From a virus (taxonomy: Duplodnaviria; Caudoviricetes): a DNA stretch of 49,103 nt. Below are positions 1 to 7,292 of this stretch, piece by piece. Each line of letters starts with the position of its first letter. The stretch's first letter is position 1. The notes under the pieces were generated by a model that saw nothing but the letters and a program-made list of their open reading frames with translations, ran no database searches and had not been told where the DNA came from. The position numbers and the translations under genes were made by a program. The stretch is from the IMG/VR virus record IMGVR_UViG_3300012971_000025, positions 1 to 49,103 of that record; one strand, given 5' to 3'.

Positions 1-115
1 GCCAAAGTTGCGGCGGTGACTTTCGCGGGGATGCTCGTCACCGGCTGTGACCTGGGCCTGTTAGGCTCGCTGGCGCAAGACAGCTCTGTTTCGATGAGCG
101 ACTGTCCTGTGGGAG

Positions 116-178
116 CGAGAGCCGCCGTAGGAGCCTGGGGCCAGCGCAGAGGCCGGGGTGACCGCAAGGCGGCTCTCG
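116..178. repeat. 11-bp perfect inverted repeat upstream of the first gene
   Basis: CGAGAGCCGCC (116-126) / GGCGGCTCTCG (168-178). Confidence 0.8.
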
Positions 179-196
179 TGCGTCTAGGCTGCGGGT

Positions 197-601
197 GTGG
201 CGTTCCTGGATGAGGTGCTGAAGCAGCCGGGGCCGGGGCTCCCCCCGGTGCAGGGTGATCCGGGGTATGGGCCTGCGGGGCTGTGCCTGGTGCTGGCCCG
301 GTTCCGGTATAAGCGGGGCTGGCGGTTCGAGGTGGGGCCGAACGAGGCGTTCATGGGCCGGCCGGACGGGTGGCGGTCGCCGTATGAGTGGTGCCTGAAG
401 ATCACCTCGGCCCCGGTGGAGGATGCGCGGGGCTCGGGTGTGACCAGCCCGGTGATCACGGTGGTGCCGCTGCCGTACCTGATGCCCGACACTGAGGGTG
501 ACTGGGTGCGCTGGCTGTGGCACCAGGTGTGCCAGGCGGAGCTGCACGAGGCGGGTGAGTGGTTTGTCGTGGGTGACGGGCGGCCGTACGACCCTCATTA
601 G
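197..601 (+). CDS. hypothetical phage protein
   Basis: ORF with GC-rich third codon positions; C-terminal ELHEAGEWF...RPYDPH; no family recognised. Confidence 0.6.
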   Translation: MAFLDEVLKQPGPGLPPVQGDPGYGPAGLCLVLARFRYKRGWRFEVGPNEAFMGRPDGWRSPYEWCLKITSAPVEDARGSGVTSPVITVVPLPYLMPDTEGDWVRWLWHQVCQAELHEAGEWFVVGDGRPYDPH

Positions 602-693
602 GCGCTGGCGGCTGCGGCGGATCGCCCGCAGGTTCCGGCAGGCGGACCCGGCGGCACAGATCGCGTGGGGCCTGGGCTACATCAGGGGGACCT

Positions 694-1239
694 ATGGACG
701 TGAAGCCGGGCGACCTGCTGGCGACGCATAGCCAGGGCGGCGGCTGGGGTGGCCGGCTGATCCGGCTGGGCGCGGCGCTGCGGGATCAGCCGAACCTGAG
801 CAACCACATCGCGATCGTGCATCATGTCGATGCGTCGGGGACGCTGTGGGTGCTGGAGGGCAGGCCGGGCGGCGTCGGCTGGCGGGACGCGACGCCGTAC
901 ATGGAGTCGAAGATGACGGTCTGCAACGCGGACCAGCCTAAGAGCGACAGGCAGCGCAAGATCGTCTGCGACGGGGCGGTGGCGCTGATCGGCACGGCGT
1001 ACGACTGGCAGGCCATCGCGGCGGACGCCGGGGGTGCGCTGGGCCAGGACCTGGACAAGGTGTGGGAGCTGCGGTGGCCCAAGACGGGCGTGCCGGGGCA
1101 TGTGGTCTGCTCATCGCTGGCGGATTTCCTGTACATGAAGGCGAAGCTGGAGAACCCGCCGAAGGAGCGGGAGGTCTCCCCGGCGGACTGGGTGTCGCTG
1201 TGGATCGACAAGGGCTGGGCGTCGCGGCCGGCCAGGTGA
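694..1239 (+). CDS. permuted papain-like NlpC/P60 (YiiX/YebB-type) amidase/acyltransferase
   Basis: KPGDLL at N-terminus, His motif (SNHIAIV) before Cys motif (VVCSSLA), IGTAYDW, C-terminal VSPAD: the permuted order. Confidence 0.75.
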   Translation: MDVKPGDLLATHSQGGGWGGRLIRLGAALRDQPNLSNHIAIVHHVDASGTLWVLEGRPGGVGWRDATPYMESKMTVCNADQPKSDRQRKIVCDGAVALIGTAYDWQAIAADAGGALGQDLDKVWELRWPKTGVPGHVVCSSLADFLYMKAKLENPPKEREVSPADWVSLWIDKGWASRPAR

Positions 1240-1249
1240 GGAGCCGGGC

Positions 1250-1702
1250 GTGTGGATGAGATGCCAGGGGCCTGGCTGCGACGAGGTGTTCGAGGCGAAG
1301 CGCCCGAACGCGAAGTACCACCACAAGGCGTGCAGCGTGCGGGCGTCGCGGCAGGGGCTGCTGGGTGAGCCGACGCCGGCGGACGGGCCGCCGAAGCCGG
1401 GGCGGGCGAAGCGGAAGCCGGTGGATGTCAGGTCACGCCTGGCGAGGTACACCGAACGTGAGCTGGCGGCCGTGGCCCGGCTGGAGACCTCGGCGGGGCA
1501 GGCGGCGCTGATCCTGGCGCTGCGGATCGACGCGGGCGGCGCGGAGACGGGGTCGGCGCTGGCGGCGATGGTGCGGGAGCACGCGCTGGCGATGGAGCGG
1601 GCGCTGGCGGAGTCGCATTCGGGCGACCCGGTGGAGCAGCTCCAGCGCGACGTCCGCGACGAGGTGGCGAAGCAGCGTGCCATCCACTCTGGCGCGGGTT
1701 GA
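1250..1702 (+). CDS. probable terminase small subunit with N-terminal Zn finger
   Basis: CQGPGC...YHHKAC finger, helical C-terminus (LALRID...DPVEQLQ), overlaps the terL start. Confidence 0.65.
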   Translation: MWMRCQGPGCDEVFEAKRPNAKYHHKACSVRASRQGLLGEPTPADGPPKPGRAKRKPVDVRSRLARYTERELAAVARLETSAGQAALILALRIDAGGAETGSALAAMVREHALAMERALAESHSGDPVEQLQRDVRDEVAKQRAIHSGAG

Positions 1703-3194
1703 GCCCCGGTTCAGCCACATCCCCTCGGGCGACTTCACCCTCGGCCCGAAGGTGGGGGAGCTGTGCGACCGGGCGGACTACGGCCCGGACGCCGAGCAGC
1801 AGGTGTGCCTGAACGGGATCTTCGCCCAGGACGTGGCGCGGCGGCAGTCGTCGGCGTTCGCGATCGTGCTGCTGGCGTGCCGGCAGAACCTCAAGACGGG
1901 CATCGAGAAGCAGGCTGGGCTGGGCTGGCTGTTCCTGCTGCACATCGACCCGATCGTGTGGACGGCGCACGAGTGGGACACGGTGGAGGAGGCGTTCCGC
2001 GACCTGGATGAGCTGATCGCGGCGTCGCCGTACCTGCGGCGGCAGATCAGGACGGTGAACCGCGAGAAGCGGGACATGAAGATCATCACCCGGGGCGGCG
2101 GGCGGATGCTGTTCAAGACGCGGACGCCGGGCGGCGGCCGTGGCCTGACGGGCGAGAAGATCATCCTGGACGAGGGCTGGAAGCTGCGGGACAGCCACAT
2201 CGGGTCGCTGCTGCCGACGCTGTCGGCGCGGTCGATGACCGGCGACCCGCAGGTGATCTACGGTTCCAGCGCGGCGCACGAGGACAGCGAGGTGCTGCAC
2301 CCGCTGATCGAGCGGGGCCGGGCGGCTTCGGTGAACCCGGCGGCGGCGCGGCTGGAACGCCGGCTGATGTATGTGGAGTGGTGCGCACCGGACGCGGCGG
2401 AGATCTGCGACCAGGGCACCGAGTGCAGCCACGCGCTGGACACGCCGGGCTGCGGGTTCGACAAGCCGGACTACGTGCAGATGGCGAACCCGGCGGTGGG
2501 CCGGCGGATCTCGATGGACTTCATCCTGACCTCGGAGCGGCGGAACCTGGACCCGCACGAGTACGGCCGGGAACGGATGGGCTGGCATGACAAGCCGATC
2601 GGCCAGGCGGTGGTGATCCCGCTGGTGTCGTGGGCGGCGGCGCTGGATGAGGGCAGCGAGCCGCGCGGGTCGTTCACGCTGTCGGTGGTGTACACCTCGG
2701 ACAAGCAGCGGGCGGCGATCGGGCTGGCGGGCCGGCGGCGCGACGGCGGCTGGCATGTGGAGCTGGCCGACTACCTGGACACGGCGAAGGTGACGGCGCG
2801 GGTGAAGGCGATCATCACCAGGGCGGCGCGGCGCGGCCGGGTATGCGCGGGGATCGCGATCGACAAGGGCGGCCACGAGGCGGCGGCGATCAAGCCGCTG
2901 ACGCAGGCGCGGCTGCCGGTGCGGCAGATGACGACCGGCGAGGTGTGCACGGCGTTCTCCGGGTTCTACCAGGCGGTCGTGAAGGAGCACAGCCTGCATC
3001 ACCGGGGGCAGGATGACCTGACCGTGGCGCTGGTGGGGGCGGGCACGCGGCCGGTCGGGGATGCTGGTGAGGCATGGGGCCGGAAGATCAGCGGCGTGGA
3101 GATCGCCCCCGTGGTAGCCGTTACGCACGCAAGATGGCTGCACGAGGAGGAAGCGCCCGACGAGGAGGCCGAGCCGTCGGCCTGGGCGCTGTAG
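1677..3194 (+). CDS. terL: terminase large subunit
   Basis: Walker A-like RQNLKT, AHE motif, RGLTG...IILDE Walker B, GSS coupling motif, ANPAVG, RERMG; lies upstream of portal. Confidence 0.93.
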   Translation: MPSTLARVEPRFSHIPSGDFTLGPKVGELCDRADYGPDAEQQVCLNGIFAQDVARRQSSAFAIVLLACRQNLKTGIEKQAGLGWLFLLHIDPIVWTAHEWDTVEEAFRDLDELIAASPYLRRQIRTVNREKRDMKIITRGGGRMLFKTRTPGGGRGLTGEKIILDEGWKLRDSHIGSLLPTLSARSMTGDPQVIYGSSAAHEDSEVLHPLIERGRAASVNPAAARLERRLMYVEWCAPDAAEICDQGTECSHALDTPGCGFDKPDYVQMANPAVGRRISMDFILTSERRNLDPHEYGRERMGWHDKPIGQAVVIPLVSWAAALDEGSEPRGSFTLSVVYTSDKQRAAIGLAGRRRDGGWHVELADYLDTAKVTARVKAIITRAARRGRVCAGIAIDKGGHEAAAIKPLTQARLPVRQMTTGEVCTAFSGFYQAVVKEHSLHHRGQDDLTVALVGAGTRPVGDAGEAWGRKISGVEIAPVVAVTHARWLHEEEAPDEEAEPSAWAL

Positions 3195-3223
3195 ACGGCC
3201 GGCCGCTGCCGAGGCCGTCCAGG

Positions 3224-3418
3224 GTGGCGCGGGTCGGCGCGGCGGTGCTGGTGCGGGCCGGGGCGTCGCGGGAGGCGGCGCTGGGGTTCATCGTGGCGTC
3301 GGCGCAGGCGGCGCAGCGGACGCTGGTGCATGACGACGCGGACGGCCTGGACTGGCTGTACCAGATCGAGGCGCAGGCGAAGGTGTGGCTGGCGCGGGAG
3401 CAGGAGCGCGATGACTGA
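3224..3418 (+). CDS. small hypothetical protein (start uncertain)
   Basis: Fills the gap between terL and HNH with consistent codon bias. Confidence 0.45.
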   Translation: MARVGAAVLVRAGASREAALGFIVASAQAAQRTLVHDDADGLDWLYQIEAQAKVWLAREQERDD

Positions 3419-3770
3419 GTCGGTGACGGCGGTGGGCCACGCGTGGGCGGCTGCCCCCGTGAAGATCATCTACGGGCCGGATGGGGCGCTGGTGCTCCAG
3501 GTGTGCGAGCTGTACGGGTCGCACAAGGTGACGGCGCTGCTGCAAGATCACCACGTCATCCCCGAGTCGTGGTGGCGGGCGGCGGGCAAGCCGGTCGCCT
3601 CGCCGATGATCAAGCTGTGCCCGACGTGCCACTACAACGTCCACGCCGGGATCGACACGCGGCTGAAGGGCGCGGACTACTCGGTGCTGCCGGCCCGGGT
3701 GGAGGAGCTGGTGTCGCGGGCGTATGACGGCGCGGAGCAGAACGGGCTGACCCCGGCGAGGACACTGTGA
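3411..3770 (+). CDS. HNH endonuclease (terminase-associated type)
   Basis: QDHHVIP...LCPTCHYNVH motif; AGGAG RBS before ATG 3411; close to terL. Confidence 0.75.
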   Translation: MTESVTAVGHAWAAAPVKIIYGPDGALVLQVCELYGSHKVTALLQDHHVIPESWWRAAGKPVASPMIKLCPTCHYNVHAGIDTRLKGADYSVLPARVEELVSRAYDGAEQNGLTPARTL

Positions 3771-3928
3771 GCGAGGGGCCGCCCGACACGGTGCCCGAGG
3801 ACATCATGTGGCGGGAGCCGTGGGCCGAGCGCGGCGCGGACATCACCACCGAGGGCCTGGACCCGGGGTGGGACAGCCGGGCGGCGGAGCTGGCGCAGGG
3901 CGGGAGCCTGGACCCGGAGGAGCTATGA
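3767..3928 (+). CDS. small acidic protein (53 aa, not in ORF track)
   Basis: GTGA and ATGA overlaps with both neighbours; MSEGPPDTVPEDIMWREPW... Confidence 0.5.
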   Translation: MSEGPPDTVPEDIMWREPWAERGADITTEGLDPGWDSRAAELAQGGSLDPEEL

Positions 3929-4236
3929 CGCAGGGCGCGGCGTTCGTCGCGATGCGGGCGCAGATGCATGTGTGGCGCGGCCAGTTGTTCGAGCTGCGGT
4001 GGAAGCTGCGGCGGGCGATGGCCGTGCGGAGCGCCGTCCTCCTGGTCATCTTGGGGGGCCTCGGCGGGATCGGCGGCGGCTGGCTCATCGGCCGGTGGGC
4101 AGCCGGGCTGGTGATCATCACCGAGTCGGCTGGGCTGATCATGCTGGGCCTGAACCAGGAGGACGGCACCGAGCTGCCGGTGCGCGGGGCCCGGACAGTG
4201 GGGCAGGTCCTGGCCGACGAGCAACTGCGGGAATGA
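3925..4236 (+). CDS. small membrane protein preceding portal
   Basis: Two hydrophobic segments (AVLLVILGGLGGIGGGWLIG; AGLVIITESAGLIMLGL); GGAGGAG RBS. Confidence 0.7.
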   Translation: MTQGAAFVAMRAQMHVWRGQLFELRWKLRRAMAVRSAVLLVILGGLGGIGGGWLIGRWAAGLVIITESAGLIMLGLNQEDGTELPVRGARTVGQVLADEQLRE

Positions 4237-4248
4237 CCGGGAGGCGCG

Positions 4249-5799
4249 ATGACGCGGCTAGTTGACCGCTGGCTCCGCCGTGCCACCTACCCGGGCGGCT
4301 ACAACGAGAACTTCTACACCGGGGCCGAGTACGCCCCGATCGACGGCACCGGCCGTGGCCGGGAGGGCTCCTCGGCGTACCTGGTGCGGCAGGCGCGGGG
4401 CGCGTACGCGGCCAACGGCATCGTGTTCGCCGCGATGGCGGTGCGGCAGATGCTGTTCTCCGAGGCGCGGTTCCAGTTCCAGGCGCTGACCGACATGCAC
4501 ACGTTCGGCGACACGTCGCTGTCGCTGCTGGAGCACCCGTGGCCGAACACCGACACCGGGGAGCTGCTGTCGCGGATGCAGCTTGACGGGTCGCTCGGCA
4601 ACGCCTACTTCCGCAAGGCGGTCCCCGCCGACGGCGGGCCGGCGGAGCTGGTGCAGATGCGGCCCGAGGCGGTGACGATCATCAGCCAGGAGCGGGTGGA
4701 CGACATGGGCCGCACCTGGCGGCGGCCGATCGGCTACGCCGAGGACATCAGCGGCGGGCAGGGCACCCGGCAGCAGATCTTTACCACCGACGAGGTCGCG
4801 CACTTTAGCCCGTTCCCGGACCCGAAGGCCCGCTGGCGGGGGATGAGCTGGCTGACGCCGATCCTGGCGGAGGTGCACTCCGATTCGCGGCTGACCGAGT
4901 ACCGGACGTGGCACCTGGATAACGGCGCGTTCCCGGGGCTGGTGATCAAGTACAGCCAGAAGCTGGGCAACCGGACGATCGACTCGCTGCGGAAGCGGAT
5001 CAAGGGCCGGTACGGCGGCCCGGAGAACGCCGGGAACGTGATCGTGCTGGACGAGGGCGCGGACATGACCGTCGCCGGTTCCACACTGGAACAGCTCCAG
5101 CATGACGCGGTGACCAAGGCCGGCGAGAGGAGGGTGTGCGCGGCGGCCGGGCCGGGGATGCTGGTCATCTGCGGGTTCGAGCAAGGTGACTACAAGACGG
5201 CGATCCGCGAGTTCGCGGACCTGCTGATGCGCCCGCAGTGGCGGATGGCGTGCGCGTCGCTGGCGCACCTGATCCCCGGGCCGGCGTCGAACCCTCAGGT
5301 GCCGGTGCGGCTGTGGTATGACGTGTCGGGAATCGCGGCGCTGCGGGAAGGTGAGCTGGAACGCAGCCAGGCGTTCCTGGTGACGATGCAGGGCGTGGCG
5401 TCCGGTGTCGCGGCCGGGTTCGAGCGGACCAGCGCGGTGCAGGCGGCGGCAGCGGGCGATGTGTCGCTGCTGAAGCCGGACCCGAACGCCCCGACGCCAG
5501 GCATGGCCGGGCGGGTCACCGAGACCGAGAAGCTGGGCGCGGGCGGGCAGCCGCTCGCCGGCCCGGGGCAGCCGCCGACCGGCGGTCCCGCGACCGGGCC
5601 GGGCAGCCCACGGCCGCCGCAGGGCGGACGGCCGCAGCAGCTCCCCGGTGTGGGACGGCCGAACATGCCGAACGCGCTGCCCGGGCAGAAGGCCCCGGCG
5701 CTTCCTGCTGGCCGTCCGGCACGGCGGGCCGAGGCGAATGGCCACGGCGGCGACGACGAGAACGCCGAGTACGGCCCGTGGTACCCGCTGGAGCAGTGA
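4249..5799 (+). CDS. portal protein (HK97-like) with Pro/Gly-rich C-terminal tail
   Basis: LLEHP..., GNAY, EVAHF...P...RGMSWL, NGAFPGLVI, GPENAG..IVLDEGAD motifs; position after terL. Confidence 0.92.
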   Translation: MTRLVDRWLRRATYPGGYNENFYTGAEYAPIDGTGRGREGSSAYLVRQARGAYAANGIVFAAMAVRQMLFSEARFQFQALTDMHTFGDTSLSLLEHPWPNTDTGELLSRMQLDGSLGNAYFRKAVPADGGPAELVQMRPEAVTIISQERVDDMGRTWRRPIGYAEDISGGQGTRQQIFTTDEVAHFSPFPDPKARWRGMSWLTPILAEVHSDSRLTEYRTWHLDNGAFPGLVIKYSQKLGNRTIDSLRKRIKGRYGGPENAGNVIVLDEGADMTVAGSTLEQLQHDAVTKAGERRVCAAAGPGMLVICGFEQGDYKTAIREFADLLMRPQWRMACASLAHLIPGPASNPQVPVRLWYDVSGIAALREGELERSQAFLVTMQGVASGVAAGFERTSAVQAAAAGDVSLLKPDPNAPTPGMAGRVTETEKLGAGGQPLAGPGQPPTGGPATGPGSPRPPQGGRPQQLPGVGRPNMPNALPGQKAPALPAGRPARRAEANGHGGDDENAEYGPWYPLEQ

Positions 5800-7292
5800 T
5801 GCGCGGCCTGGCGTGGGATGAGCACGTCGTGCCGCTGATGGTGCGGGCACCGTTCGATGAGGCGAAGCACCCCCGCGACCCACGCGGCCGGTGGGCGCAT
5901 TCGCTGACCCACCTGCGGAGCACGGCGGCGGCACGGGCCGCCCTGGGCGCGGAGATGGACGCCCAGGGGCTGCCGCCGGACAGCCCGCTACGGGGTGTCC
6001 TCCAGTACGACGTGCGCGGCACCCACAAGCTGGTGCACCGCGACGAGGCGGGCCGGATCGACGCGGGGATCGACTACCGCTACCAGAAGCGGCTGCGGAC
6101 CCAGAGCCACCACATCGAGATCAACAACATGCGGGTGCTGCCGAAGCGGCAGGGCATCGGCTCGGCGATGATCGCCGACCTGGCCCGGCAGTACCCGGAC
6201 GCGAAGGAGATGGCGGTCTACGGCGCGGTGGAGAACGCCAAGCCGTTCTACGCCATGACGGGCGCGAAGTTCGTCCCCTGGTCGCACATGGGCGAGTGGG
6301 ACGCGGCGGCGGTGGACCGGCTGCGCCGGACCCAGGCGTCCCGCGCCGCGTTCGATGAGGCGAAGCACCCGCGCGTGCCGCGCGGCCACCACGGCGGCGG
6401 CGAGTTCGCGCACATCGCGGGGGAGCTGGCGGAGCACCCGCCGCGCCAGCCCGCCGAGGCGATCGACACCGGGCGCAACACGTTCGCCGGCGCGGACAAG
6501 AAGCTGGCGGCGGCGGTGGACAAGAAGCTGGCCGCGCCGCAGATGCTCCGCGCGGGCGGCCTCGGCCGTCCGGGGCTGCCGCCGTACCGGGAGTCGGTGC
6601 AGCGGGTGCGGGACGCGATCTTGCGGGAGATCGCCACCCAGCCGGGGGCGCTGGAGATGGGCAAGGCGTGGTACCCGAACGAGCGCAAGCACGCGGAGCG
6701 CCGCGCGAAGGCGTACGGGGTGAGCCCGGCGCAGGCGGCGGGGGTGATGGCGGCGACGTCGCCCCGGGCGTCCTACGACATCAACCAGCGGGTGACCGAC
6801 GAGATCCTGGACGCGGTGCCACGGCTGCGGGAGGCGGCGGAACCGGTCGCCGAGGCGGGCGGCGGGGTGATGGGCACGTTCCGCGACGAGGGGGTGCGGA
6901 TCGCCCTGGGCGAGTCGCCGGACACCGCGCTCGGCGGGCTGAAGCAGCGGTCGTTCTTCAACAACATGATGTGGCCGGGCCAGACCGACGACGTGACGGT
7001 GGACACCTGGATGATGGACACGATGGCGCAGGGCCTGGGCATGACGCACGACCAGGCGGCGCACCTCGGCCGGGAGAAGGTCGGCGGGTCGCCGCTGGGG
7101 TACCTGCTGGCCGCTGACGCGACCCGCGACGCGGCGAAGCGGCTGGGCATCGCCCCGGACCAGGCGCAGGCGGCGTACTGGATCGCCCGCCAGCAGGCGC
7201 TGGGGATCGTGAACCCGTCGGCGCAGCAGGGCCGGACCAAGCGCGGGTCGGCGGGCCGGCTGCGGGCACGCGGCGAGGTAGGGGCGGCGTGA
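5799..7292 (+). CDS. tagged polyprotein 1: GNAT acetyltransferase + HhH-GPD glycosylase-like domain
   Basis: Two FDEAKHPR tags; GNAT motif A RQGIGSAMI...NAKPFY; second domain WY...AAGVMAATSP...K.RSF..N...VTVDTW...QAQAAYW. Confidence 0.75.
   Translation: MRGLAWDEHVVPLMVRAPFDEAKHPRDPRGRWAHSLTHLRSTAAARAALGAEMDAQGLPPDSPLRGVLQYDVRGTHKLVHRDEAGRIDAGIDYRYQKRLRTQSHHIEINNMRVLPKRQGIGSAMIADLARQYPDAKEMAVYGAVENAKPFYAMTGAKFVPWSHMGEWDAAAVDRLRRTQASRAAFDEAKHPRVPRGHHGGGEFAHIAGELAEHPPRQPAEAIDTGRNTFAGADKKLAAAVDKKLAAPQMLRAGGLGRPGLPPYRESVQRVRDAILREIATQPGALEMGKAWYPNERKHAERRAKAYGVSPAQAAGVMAATSPRASYDINQRVTDEILDAVPRLREAAEPVAEAGGGVMGTFRDEGVRIALGESPDTALGGLKQRSFFNNMMWPGQTDDVTVDTWMMDTMAQGLGMTHDQAAHLGREKVGGSPLGYLLAADATRDAAKRLGIAPDQAQAAYWIARQQALGIVNPSAQQGRTKRGSAGRLRARGEVGAA
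5851..6370 (+). repeat. 22-nt direct repeat CGTTCGATGAGGCGAAGCACCC (5851-5872, 6349-6370) flanking the GNAT module
   Basis: Identical copies read directly. Confidence 0.9.

Noticed and set aside
1-110. Possible cos/genome end near the window start
   Set aside because: The position upstream of the terminase is suggestive, but no end sequence can be identified without read data.
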